A DNA stretch of 63,998 bases, the filler included, from Neolecta irregularis DAH-3 (lineage: Eukaryota): assembly GCA_001929475.1 (NCBI GenBank). It is 8 parts of 8 records of this genome, joined end to end, with 100 filler letters (N's around TTAATTAATTAA, not from the genome) between each part and the next. Parts side by side here need not be neighbours in the genome. Positions count along the whole stretch, not along the records: positions 1 to 22,944 come from LXFE01000203.1; 7 more parts are not named here. The stretch is one strand, 5' to 3'. Below, piece by piece: positions 1 through 12,578 of this stretch (within the stretch, counting starts at the first letter, position 1; each line of letters starts with the position of its first letter). Made by a program: the position numbers and the translations under genes. The notes under the pieces were generated by a model. The model was not told the origin of the DNA. It did not search any database and saw only the letters and a list, made by a program, of their open reading frames with translations.

Positions 1-41
1 ATTGCCAATTCATTACTGAATACTGCTTATGGTTGCTGAAG

Positions 42-500
42 GAACACCAAGCGGAAATCCGGGGATGACTCTGCCGAGCCTCCAAAGAAGCAGCGAAAAA
101 CAGATCATGTCGAACCTGATGATAGCAATTCTACCATGGGTGGTAATGATAACACTTTTAATTATGAAGCAAGCCACTCTGGCCAACAAAGTATTACAAC
201 TAAGTATCAAACACTGAACATCTAGCTGGTGATGATAACGATTCTACCATGGGTGGTCATCGCGACTCTTTTTATTATGAAGGAAGTCACTCTGATCAAC
301 CAAGCATTACATCTACGAATCATCTAGGTGTATTAACCACCACTGAATCTTTATCTGCGCACACTGTCTATGAGTCAGATGGCGAGGACGACTATTCAAC
401 AGAAAGTGACTATGGTCAACAAAGCATTACATCTGCGAATCGACTAAATGCTGAACCTGGATCTATCGAGGAGGACTCTCCAACAGACATCTACGAATGA
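42..500 (+). CDS. 3' part of a hypothetical acidic, low-complexity protein with internal ~110-nt repeats
   Basis: Frame reads NTKRKSGDDSAEPPKKQRK...DDSNSTMGG...; a 35-nt GT..AG segment (191-225) would join it to ORF 249-500 (DDNDSTMGG...QSITS). The repeat unit is seen at about 118-198, 231-325 and partially at 411-455. Confidence 0.4.
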
Positions 501-761
501 GGAAGAGAATTTGTACAAACCTCTTATACATCAGCGCCCGTCTTTGTTTCTGCAGATATGAGGGAAACTTTATCTTGGTATGTGTTTTGTAGTGTCAACA
601 TTTATTGCTTAATTGTAAAATGAATGTCATACAGATATTCCGCCCTTGATATGAAGCTAAACATCCGTTGAAGTAACAAGTCAACCAAGTCCTATTGGTA
701 CAGCGCCTGCTCACCTTACATCTACACAAATTATACACAACCTGCAGATACACCCACTCAC

Positions 762-1330
762 ATGTTTCCAAAACTCTTCTTGCTCTTTGTGTCTGTAGCA
801 ATGGGGCATTTCACAGATATCACAAGTAAATTTCCAAATACAATGGTGCGCGCAAACACCGACTTAACGGACGAAAATGATGCAATAGCTTTCTGTTCTG
901 ATAAATGCCTTAAGGTCAAATATTTCTTCAAAGTGTTTACAGTTACTAATCAGGACGAGTACGAGAACACGGACTCACTTTTGTGTGTAATATATGGGAA
1001 GCCGATGTCACAATTGTCCTGTAATCGTGACGAGGACTGTGGCCTACTAAAGATATTCGAGTAAGTGTTTGTGACTGAAGGCGGTTTTGATAATCTAGGC
1101 TTTCTGACTGAGAACAAGTCGAACCTGTTGAGGAGAGATTTTCTCATGATCATCATCCAGAATCCCAGTGGATTAGCGATCTTGAAGGGGGGTATGGTCT
1201 CGAGGATGGAATATCCAAGGGCTTCTTAGAGAATGTCATAAACGGTTGCACAGCTGCCATGAAGAGGAAACGATCTACAGCACTCGCTAGACATATTAAT
1301 CGAGAAGCGGTTTTTGACTTAGAAACCTAG
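762..1330 (+). CDS. small secreted cysteine-containing protein (candidate effector), multi-exon
   Basis: MFPKLFLLFVSVAMG signal-peptide-like start, 5 Cys in ORF 762-1064, intron-like segment 914-953 (gtcaaa...ctaatcag). Extension to the stop near 1330 is inferred. Confidence 0.5.
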
Positions 1331-1503
1331 ACTCTGACCAAAGGAAAGCCAAACAAGAGACCCCTTTAAATTATCCTCCAAAAGATTACTATATCATTTT
1401 CATATCACTTGTTGAAATATCAAGGAGGTTTTATTAGACATTTTCAGGATGATACAGGAAATGCATAAATGGTCTATAGATATAATTGAAATAATCCAAG
1501 TTA

Positions 1504-3718
1504 TTACGAGACAATTTCTGCACTCTCATGATTTAATATACTGAGAGGGATCATACTCGGTCTTCCGTGGGCGCACATGAATGGCCATTTCGTTTGTTTC
1601 AACCTCGCGACCAGACTCTCGCACTCCTCCAAACTCAGTTCGTCATTAAACATAATCGCGCCTGTCGTTCAGAATCGCCTTCAAGAGCTTTCTTACTTCG
1701 ACATGCTTTCGAATTGACAACACTGACTAGATGCGCCGGACATACATGAAGATTGGAGACCCAATCCGTCAAGGTTGGAGCTGCCATATTTCGCCTATGT
1801 GCCATCTGGGAAAGAAACTGAGACAAAAGATTGCAAATAAATTCTGGATTGGCAGCTTGTCGTTCTCGTATAACACGAGGTATTTTTCGTACTTCAATTT
1901 CATTGGCCTTTGAGAAGTCAAATCCCCATATATTCAACAAATCCTCGCATCGATCAAAGATTATTCTTTCTTCTTGATTTAATGGAACCAAGATCTTCGT
2001 CGGCACAACATCTGTCTTGAGCTCAGAGAATAATCTCTCAACTCGAATTCTTTCATCAGCGGCATGCTGATCGATTAGGATCAAGACATTTCGAGTTCTG
2101 GCCAAAATGAATTTCTTGTCAATTTGAGCAACCACTTTCAAGTCTTCGAACATGTTTCTGTGAAGTCGAATCGAAGCCACCTGTGAATTCGTTGCAGTTG
2201 CAAGCTCAGCGGCTGGAAAGATAGGATTTTTCCATCCCTATCCCATCAAAAATAAAGAATTAGCTGTCTCCTTGCCTGCAAGATATTTTCTGCCCAGTTC
2301 TCTTTCCTATTCTGCCTCGAGATATTGTCTCCCGTATCTCTTGATAAATCTGAAGGAATTGAGGGCTTCTCGTTAATATATTCCTTGCGGTCCCTATTTC
2401 TAGCATGAAAATTTCTTTCTTCTGTCTTCATAAAGGAACAAATCGTCTCTCTTCCTTGCAGTTCGTGAGTATCAAGCTTTGCAGCCTTGATCTTTCCGAA
2501 TTTTGCCGGTGCATTGAACGTATTGGGGCGACCATGCTGTGCATCAACAATCTTTCGAGATCTCTCAGGCGAATTGAAGCCAATGTTATTTAAGTGCTTT
2601 GTAATTATAGAGTTTAGTAATGACTGAATCTCTGGGACCACCTATCGATTAGCAAAAGTGTTTTGAAAATATACCTCAGATACAATAGACGATTTTGAGG
2701 GATCAAGACATATATCATAAGCAGACACAGGGCATACAATTTTGATAACATATAGAAGATGCCGCTGCCTTTTGTACCCGTCTTCATTAAGCTCAAGGGC
2801 CCGTTGAGTCAAGTTTGATATGCTAATATGGAAGAGCATTGGCTTCAAGAGCCTTTGATTGAGATCTGAATTATCAACTATTGCTCGACTCTTTGCCAGA
2901 GCATACAGATATATTGATGTCGCTTCGTATCAACTAGTAGATTTGAGATGGAAGCAATGATCTTGATACTCCCTTCCTGTATTTTTAAGGTTGAACATTC
3001 ATTAATATGATCATAGATGCACCCAAGAATATCCATCTCCTTCATCTCTGGCTTGATGCTAAGAGCCAACACTCCATTGTTGTCCCTGAGGGTTATACCG
3101 ACACCAAGTTTTGCCAGTGCAGTTTCCACGATCACCCCAATAATACTCCGCATGGTATTTTCTGGCCTGGTCTTTTGCCTGGCTGGAATATTGAAAAATA
3201 GATCTGATACAGTTACCGTTGTCCCTGCTTTCTGCATTGTATAATTTTTCAAGCTCTGCTTCCTTATCCCTGAGATGATGTGGGTAGAATGTGTAGCATT
3301 ATAGTCTTTATGCCGAGATGTGATTACACAATTCGAGACAGCGAAAATGTTTGCGAGAGCTTCCACTAAGCAATAACTTATATACAATGGCTACCTTGAC
3401 CTCTGAACCCAAAGGTATTGAGTGAATCGAGGTCTTCGAGGGTTTGACATTTGGAAGTTGCTAGGCTCTTACTTAAGTGCAGTAAGCAAACGACATACCA
3501 AAGCGTGTGCCAAGCAAGCACATCTCATCAGGCAAAATGCCATGACCATCATCATTTATTGTTAGGGATCGATACTTGAGATTAACCATGATAGAAATAT
3601 GAGTTGCTTTTGCATCTATACTATTTTGAAGCAGTTCAGAAAGACAAGATGAGAGCGAAATTATGTTTACAGAAGACTGAAGTAAGGAAATAGATTGCTC
3701 TGCTAGATGAAATAACAT
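1504..3718 (-). CDS. MLH3: DNA mismatch repair/meiotic MutL homolog Mlh3, multi-exon
   Basis: GHKL ATPase motifs (ELLQNSIDAKA, DDGHGI, GTTVTVSDLFFNIPARQK); C-terminal QIDKKFIL, DQHAADERIRVE endonuclease motif, SKACR and CAHGRPS. Confidence 0.93.
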
Positions 3719-4153
3719 CGCAAGGATTTGGTCGGGTTCAAAGGTCGTAATCCGGGCTATAGCTTGCCTACGTCAAACCTTCATCCCAGTTGACGTGACG
3801 GAAGCTATACAGATATTTACAGGATGGAGTAACTTGATATACTCTCAAGTAGAGAATCCTAGCAAGAACTCCATCAGCCATAGCTACTGCAAGCCAGACG
3901 ATTGACAGATTCAACCAGAGCAAGATATATTAAGTAGTATTAATCTCTACAAACGCACGATTAAATGAGAGAATTCAATCCAAAGCCCGCAAATTCACCT
4001 TCACACCAGTAAAAGAAACTTCATAAAAAGAAAGGAAAAAAGCCACATGAGCAGAAATTGAGTGGAAAGGAATACAGGAGGGGGTATCGAAGTCCGATAA
4101 CTTAGGTAACACCTGCAATACTCAGTCGTCACAAACATCGTTAACGTGACAAG

Positions 4154-5749
4154 TTATGCTTCGACCTCTTTCACGGAAGATTCTGTCTCAGGAACAACAA
4201 TGATAGCCTCCTGGATGTCAGCGGGTCACAATGATTCATTGATAGCATACAGCAGGAACATCACCTAGCATTCCTTGAGATTCCTCGACTTTCAATTCTT
4301 CAGCTGGCAGGGTTTCATTATTAGAAGGTCCAGTCCGTTCAGCTGACTCCTCGCTGATTTGAGCAATCTCAGGCTTAGGTTCTTCCTTGTTCTCGCGAGA
4401 TTTGCTTTTGCTACGGAATATTGAGGACATTCTCCTGAAAGCTGATCGGGTATCTGCAGGAGTTGGATTATGACCGCTTTGATCTACCGCGAGTTGTGCT
4501 TCGGTAGCCTCCTTTTGTTGTTCTGGAGCGGGAGGCTTGGACTATAAGGTTAAATATATTTAAGATCGTAGCAATACCTTCTGCCCGAAAAGACTGAAAG
4601 TTCGAGCTTTAACAGTAGGTGAGCTTTGAGTGGCTTCAACAACGGCCTCTGCTGGAGGAGCTTCGGCATCACCTTCAGGATTGGTAATGCCCTCAGGTTT
4701 AGCCTCAGTGGAGGCATCAACCTGCTCGGCAGACGATTCAGGCTACATTGATCAATCTCATTTGATCATTGCCGCAATAAGTACCTTGGCCTTTTCATGC
4801 ACTTTAGACGAGAAAAGCTTACTGAATGGTCCAAACGCCTTTTTGGCTACTTCTTCGATAGCTGGCGTGGTCGAAGCTGTAATCTCAATACGGAATATAG
4901 AGAATGGACAAACGCTCAGCTTCAGCACCCTCTCCATCGGCCTTCGTTTCCTTTTCCTTCTTTGGAACATCCTGCTCTCTGTTAAAGATGGTGAGCTGAA
5001 GAAATTTACTTTTTTTTCAGCTTGCTTCTTCAGGAGATGGGCGAGAAACCCCTCCTTTGCGGCTTGGGCTCCGGCTTCTGTCGGTTGAGCCTCGGTAGGC
5101 TTGGTAGCTTCAACTACAGTCTCAGGGGTCGCTTCTGTATCTGGCGCTATTTCCTCGACTTTATCTTGGCAAGTTAGGTGAATGATTGGGCAAGACTTCC
5201 CACCTTCTTTCCCATTGGTCGATATTTCAGTTGGAGATGCAAACTGATCACGTTTAGGAGACCCTACTCGTTTTAACGCATTGAGTAGCGATTTTCGTTT
5301 TTGGCCAGAAGTGCCTAGTGCCTCAACAGCTACTTGGGTTTAGTCATGCCTGGCAGAAGACCAAGCCTACGTTCTTTTTTCGGTGCACCTGACTCCTGAG
5401 CCGATTCAACTGGCTTAACTTCCTCTGCTGATGCATCACTAGGAGAGTAAGCATGTATTTGTCAAAAGAAACTGTACCCCTTCTTTGAGCTTTTCTTGAA
5501 GGGCAAGGACAGGATGGATGCACGTTTCCTCTTTTGTTCGGCTTCGGACGCAGCGGGTTGCTCAACCGGGTGTTCTCCAGCGGCTTCTGCTTCTTCGAGT
5601 TTGATTGGTGCTTCAGCAGACTTGCCTTCTGCCTCCACTGGGATGACTGGAGATTCTTCTACTGACGGCTCAGTAGGGGCTGCTTCTTTGGGAGTGGAGG
5701 TCTCGAGCGTCTCAGCAAGCGCAATAGTATCAGTTTCGACGGCAGCCAT
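4154..5749 (-). CDS. hypothetical Ala/Glu/Pro/Thr-rich disordered protein, multi-exon
   Basis: Consecutive minus-strand ORFs (5462-5749, 4758-4970, 4236-4430) of the same composition separated by short GT-AG introns; ends ...SVKEVEA*. Confidence 0.7.
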
Positions 5750-6301
5750 GTGGATGATATTAGGGATTATGCAAGGACAGGTGGAAGATATATGTGAGTG
5801 TAGAGAATAGGAGGAGCGCCAGGGAGTAGGGAAGCAGGAGCGGCGAGCAGGTGGTGATATAACTTACGGCTAATCTACCTCAGTTGCTGCGCCAGTGATG
5901 CCCCGCTAGCCCAAAACGGCCAGAGGCGCGAGAATAACACGGGTACGACATGCGACCTATCAATATCTTGTTTATCTTGCTTGTGATTCCTAGACTCCTT
6001 TTCCCAGACACAAAATAGCCATTGCAATTGTGCCGCCAAGCTGCCCAGACCAGCGTACAAAGGCAGGGAGGATTTGCACTAGATGCCGCCCTGAGTCATG
6101 TAATCTTTTTATTTTTGCATAATAATGACGATCATCCGTCGGGGTTACCAAATATTTCTCTTATTGTCAACAAACAACCACAAGCCAATACCTATAGGCT
6201 CTACCTCGCTTAACAATACAAAAATGCACAAATAGAACATAATGAACATCTATCCCAAAGCGTTCATAATAACAAGACATTCCTCCGAGTTTCATAACAT
6301 T

Positions 6302-9300
6302 TCAACGTGCTACAGATAACGTATACCTTTGAAAAAGTCAGTCGTCAGGGAAAAAAGAAGTCGAAGTGACAAGGCAGACATACGATGTTATCGTGCTCAT
6401 CCGTTCACATGTCAATCTCATTCCGATTTTTAGAATATCGAATCGAATATCTTGATCCAATGCATTCCAATTCTCTCTATTCATCTTCCAAGCAACAACT
6501 TCCGTATCAGCAGCTACAGTAGCGGTACGGGGAGTCTCGCTGAGAAAAGGGAGTTCCCCGCAAAGCGTGTTGCTCAAGATAGTTTCATTGAGCAAGTTCT
6601 CGCCTAGATCAAAATCGTAAGTAGCTTTAAGGATTCCGGTTTCGAGAACGTAGAATTCATTAGCGGTAGCACCTTGGCGCCATAATATTGTGGATGGTGG
6701 AATACGCTCGTGCACAAATGCAGACGCTAGACGAATCCAAAAATCATCGCCCTTGTCGGTGATATCCGCAAGTACGTACTTGAGCAGTTGAAAAGGTTGC
6801 TGTGAATGAATGGTCACAAACATATGGGCGCTAGCAGCCGTTTCTTCGCGTAGAGCATCATTTGCTGCATCCCGTAACAGGTTTTGACGTGGCGAGTTGT
6901 ACGACTGCATGTAAATTTGCGGCGTGGAAAATACTTTGAGATCTACAGCTACAATCTGGTAAGTTTTCCAAAAACGTGAACATATAAACACACTTGGGTC
7001 AGTACGCGGTCTTGCTAGAACAGCCTCTCGTTTTTTTGTGTATGTTTGAAGTAATTCGTTTTCACAAATTTCCAAAGCGGCATTGAGAGTTTCGAAAGCC
7101 CATACCCCGTCATGATGAGTTGTGTCCCATACTCCAACAAAGCGCAATGCTCTTCCAATTTCGCTATCGACAGTAACTCCGCAGAGGACAAACTGGACTC
7201 CTTGGCGATCTAGTGATCTCTTTATCCTTCAAATTATCGGTATGACGGTCGACAAAGCAAATTACCGTTTGAATGCCTCTGCGGCAGAGAAATCAACATT
7301 GTAGGTAAGTGAAAAATCCATGATGAGATAGCGAATTGGCATTGAAAAGTAATTTCGAGTCTCTACACGTTCTTTTATCTCCGTCTCCACCGCAGCTATT
7401 GTTCCAAAGAACAGATGACCACCAAGCTTTATGACCTGTATTTGATGACCAACCTTCTTCAAAAAACGCTGCTGGAAAGGCGGCCTTCGAACTGTAGAAC
7501 CGCAAATTGTACCAGACATCACTGCTCGAATCGACCGCTTTCTCGAAGTAGCCAGGACGAAAGTAAGACAAGCAAGAACAATACCAACGAGGATGCCAAA
7601 GACAAAATCCCACGCTGCCATTGAGAATATTATAGCAACGACAGTAAAGTATTCGAGTCTATCAAGCTTATCCCATGTATCGACTAACGCTTCTCTCAGC
7701 AGGTCCATGCCAAGATTAAAAATGAGTGCTCCGACCACCATGACAGGAATAAAACCAATCATAGCAGGGCCTGAGAGCAAAATTCCTGTCGTGGCGGCTG
7801 CTAGAAGTATTCCTGCTAATCTGCTATTTCCGCCGCTGCGAATGAAGAGGAGACTGTTGGTATAGACAAGGTAGTTCTAGCATTCAGTTCCAACCCCGGA
7901 GAAGGTGTCGTACTTGCACACTTCCGAGACATCCTGATAGGGCATTTGAAATTCCATGAGCTATGAGTTCTCGATCGAGGTTGACGTCATCCTCGTTGAG
8001 TGATATTCCAAGAGAAGGAACATTGATAGGGACATGAAGGATGCCAAAGAATGTCAAGGCCAACATTATGGGAATAGTCGAAATCAAGGCTGCCCAGTCT
8101 ACTTTCGCAAAGTCTAGCGATCAGAGCAGAACGAACACAATAATTTTACCGAATAGTGTATAGAAGTGGTACCAGGAAGTGTCGACTTTCGGAGCCTGGA
8201 AAACCCATCCATGCTTACGAAGATGAGACAGATCAATTTGTGGGACGATTGCTGTAATGATATGAAAGATGGCAGGTATGATAACGAAGTATGCCGGAAC
8301 AAGGTAACTTGAATTTTTCCAGTACCGCTGCAAGATCAACAGTAAGAGAGCCAACGAGAATGGAATAATCCACAGGAGGAATTCATGGGACTGGAAGATG
8401 TATCCGATGGTTTCAAGATCGTAGGCAAAGTCGGCCGGTAATCTAGTGCAGACTTCAATTCCAGTGATGAAAAGAAACCAACCAACTCCACCGATACACC
8501 CAACCTGTCGCGATTAGAGGAACATCTAGCTATACAGTTACCAAAATATGTCGCGGGAAGAACCCAGTCAAAGACCCCAGTTTCATGCAACCCAAAGCGA
8601 GAAAAGCAATCCCTGTAATGATAGATGACATAGCAAATGAAGCAATCGTAGTAGATATGACTGCTGCTGGCTTATCCTCGCCAATCTGGGAGAGGATAGA
8701 GAAGGCCATTTGATGAAAGAATGGTACGACTTCGATCTTGTGATGTCAGGAAATGATGCACAAACATCAACACTACCATCTCTGAGCCAATTCCGCCTCG
8801 AAAGATACTTCCACCGCAGGAAAACACCAATTGAGAAATGATGCAGCTGATCAGTCAGATTTGGATGCTACGTGGCCGAGTTACCTCACATAGAACATCG
8901 AAATACCATCAGGGCCGAGGTGTTTGAAGACTGGGCTACTTAAAGGAAACAAGATCATGCCGTACGATAATGCGTCTAGTATGTTCAATAGCGATCCAAG
9001 CATTACCGCTGGCAGAGACTTTGCAGGTTTTATTAGCAGCTCCCTTATAAAATCTCGTCTCTTAAGTTTCCGCACCGAGGTAAGTGATTTTACGGCAAAA
9101 TCAACGGGTTTTCTAAACTGGGTCGTCCAATTCTTAGACTTGCGATCGGTGTAATGCTCTTCCAAATCACTTATACTACTGTTTCTTGAATGGCTCGTAG
9201 ATAAATGTTCAGTGGTCGAACCATTGTCCTCCAAGGGCAACAGTTGAGTCTCAAGATCTTCATATGCTTGTGTAGCTTGTAACATTTCTCCCGGTATTCG

Positions 9301-9796
9301 AGATTCGGACAAAGCTTGAGAACCAATAGGCGGCGAAGGAGAGTTCTTGAGTAACTGCGTCAACGAAGATTCCATTCCAGTCGTGCGGGGAAGTAAAACA
9401 TAGACTGGGGATGGTGGTTCGGAGACTTCCATTACAGGATGTTCGGCCGCAAGTTGTGCCGTAGTCTTCCTTACACTTGACAATTGCTCAGTATAGCCTT
9501 GGGATATATCTACTTAAGGGTAAATTCATGTCATAAAGAAAAGATAAGACCCTACCCTTTTCAACAGCAGAGCTAACTGCGGGCGATAAAAAGCTTCTGG
9601 GAGCCCATTGAAATGACAAAGAGGATGAGAACGCGTCGGATTGTGTCTGGCGATTACCTGCTTGTGACGATTCTTGATTTATATGATCGACATGTAGGGA
9701 ATTTCCTCCAGAAGACCAATGATGCTCGGGCTGATCCTGGGACATCTGGGAGGACCTTTGAGGCCGTTTATAAGAGTGGTGAGTCGACATGGACAT
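6302..9796 (-). CDS. SulP/SLC26-type transporter with STAS and cyclic-nucleotide-binding domains (Vsb1/YGR125W-like)
   Basis: [49 protein letters not shown] segment [11 protein letters not shown]...DFSAAEAF, cNMP segment LWRQG...[16 protein letters not shown]. Confidence 0.9.
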
Positions 9797-10811
9797 TAGC
9801 TTGGAAGGGCAGATCACGACATTGAGCAGACGACGAGCTAAGGCGGGACTATGGCGGAATGGCGGTGGTACAAAGCCATGGCGGCAGAATTCCGAGCCTG
9901 GCAATGCGCTCTCCTCAAATACACCAAACAGTCATTCCAAACCCGGCACAATTAATATCACGTCATAAAGCATATGATCATCTCCATGTTCAGGGTTGAC
10001 GAAATAGACTTCCAAATACGAAGACGCTCAAAAAAGGTTCAGTTAGGATGCTTCCAGACCAAGGAACCCGCTATATAAAGAGAAAAACTAAGAGATAAGG
10101 ATTCACTAGATCGCCTGCGTTCATTGGTAAAATGGGTTTGAAAAGGATCTGATTGGAAAATTCGAGTAAGCCAAGTATTTTTCCCACGTATATCACATAA
10201 GGATCTAGCAGATCACTACTCAGCATTCCGGAAAAATCCAAAATTAATGCCAACCTTGCCTCACTAGGACTCTTCACAGCTCATGTCTCTCTAATATCCA
10301 GGAAAGAGTAAGATGCTACCTTGAAGATGATATCAAGTTACAAACTTGTTTTGCTATATGCGAGTTGTTTCACAAAGCTCGTGTAGACTCAACAGTCAAT
10401 CCAGAATCTATGCCAAACACTGCTTAGCATCCGAGAACTTCGAATTCATCTTATTTGTCATGTGTTAATATAAAAAATGAATATCCCTCCAGTTCATATG
10501 ACCTAGGACGGCTTTACGAGCTGGGGTACTAGCTTGTCATTCAAAGTCGTCCTAACATCATGAATAAGTCATGGGGTATTGGTTTCAGTAAGCAGACTAG
10601 TACGGCTCGCTTCAGAATAACAGACCTAATGCTTATCCAAGGCCAACGAGAACTGATGGATTGGCAGTACTCTTAGCATACCAAGCTTGGTACACGTTAA
10701 ATCTGAGATCTAGGAAGAACTCAGAGCAGTAATGAAGATATTAGCACATAAGAGTTATATACATAATTCAGTTTCTATTGGAGAAAATACCGACATCATG
10801 AGACAGACAGA

Positions 10812-12094
10812 TTACAATTTCCGCCTCAGGTTCAAAGCTTCCAGGACCCTCCTATTCAAATGTCTATCGCGTGGAGTTTTCTCGTCATTTGCACGTTCCT
10901 TGATATATTTTTTCACAGACTTTTCAATAAATGGAGCTATTATATCGGCTACCAATTAGTTTTAGAATCAATTAAAGGAAAATACCACTCTTTGAAGGGT
11001 ATTCTTGAGGAATCAAATGTCCGGCGTTTTCCACCACAACCAACTCACTCCCCGGCGTATTGTCCTTTTTCAAATGGTTGGTTTCTGGTGCACAAACAGC
11101 GCTCTTTTCACCGACAAGGAAGAGTGTAGGACATTGAATCATTGGAAGTTGATTAGCGACGTAATTAGCTTCAAAGCGGTCAAAAGTGCCATCCGGAAGT
11201 AATTTTTGAAATGTCCAAACTTCTTGGTGTTTTGTGGTCGTAAGTGTTACGCCCTTCTTGTCAGGATATGTTGCTGTTGGAAGATCTCTCAGGCCATATT
11301 TCTGAATATCAGCTTGTGTCTTTTAAGGCACCTACGAGATGAAGTTTTAAAACTCGAGGATCCCAATTTTGGTAAAATGGTCGACTTGAAAAGTATTTGG
11401 CAGCATCTTCTCTGGATAACCATATGTCTTGTCTTTTGGCTGAGAAAGCCGCCGGGTTCCACGAATGCAAAGTTCCGGATGAGTCTATAACGGGATCTAT
11501 CCCAATGATTGCAACGAATAGTCTTGGATGTCGTATCGACGCTAAAAACAATTGACAGCCTCCCATACTGTCTTATCAGCCGTACGCATCAATGTGGGTT
11601 CATACCTGTGACCAATCCCGATCAAGGGCTGACAGATGTCAAAATGTCTGATCATAACCTCGATGTCCCTCGCGCCGTCATTCCAAGCATCTCGAAATAA
11701 GTATTTATGACTCATACGAATAAAATACACTGATCGCCAAGTGTATCTTCATTGAGAACACCAGACTCCCCTTGGTTTACAGCATCCATGGCCCAAACAT
11801 TGCGAATTTTGAATCCAAGATGCTCTGATCGCGCGAGCAATTCGTCTAGAAATGGTTCATAGAGTTCCTGAAGGTCAATTTGCACAGAAACAGGATTGCT
11901 ACCTTGTGAATACCGTTTGCATGGGCTACTACAAATGAGACATCGTTCCTTCCTGGGTATGGGTTGTTCAGTGGGGTGTATTTTTTGACAGCGATACTCA
12001 ACCGGTCATCTGGGGTTCGGGTACAATTAGAGCATTCTCGAGGAAAAGAAGCGGGAAAAGTAAGAGAAGCGACTTTAAATAAACTAGATGACAT
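10812..12094 (-). CDS. alpha/beta-hydrolase (Lpx1-like), multi-exon
   Basis: VAHANGIHKELYEP, WAMDAVNQGESG, nucleophile GHSMGG split by an intron, His motif NAGHLIPQE; ends ...LRRKL*. Confidence 0.85.
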
Positions 12095-12209
12095 GGCCAA
12101 TCGTGAGTATTAAGTTAGCTTTGCCTGTTAATCGGGTGAGCCTTAATTTGGTATGCTGCGGAGTAGTCGTACGTGGTATAACAACTCGTATTATGTAACT
12201 GGAGAGCGC

Positions 12210-12301
12210 CGGCGTACAAATAAGACTATATTATATCTAGCCTAAGTTGTGGGCATTTCTCGGAACCATACCTAGCCTAAGTTGTGGGCACTTGGCTAGG
12301 T
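12210..12301. repeat. dispersed direct-repeat plus hairpin element, copy 1
   Basis: CTAGCCTAAGTTGTGGGCA occurs twice, then CTTGGCTAGG; same architecture as at 46880-46990, 45002-45030 and 50791-50901. Confidence 0.75.
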
Positions 12302-12578
12302 TCATCTGCTTTACTTCTTTATAAACTTTCAAATGACCGTAATAGCTTCAGCCTTATCCGCATGGGTAAGGTTATCTACCTAAATACCCGTCCAAGAACG
12401 CCTCTTGCTGCCCGTAAGCTCTGTATCCTCCTCCAGATATGTGCTGCTTTGCAATCTGTCCTCTGCTAATAATGGCCTGTACTGCCGTGTTCGCACCAAA
12501 TATATAACTCCCAACTATTTTTGTACACGTGACATCGCGATTGAGAACGAGGCCAACTTTGAAATTGGCTCAAAGAAG

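Noticed and set aside
10812-10823. C-terminal RKL as a peroxisomal signal
   Set aside because: Does not fit the canonical [SAC][KRH]L pattern; only the SKL of the reductase at 39816 is accepted.
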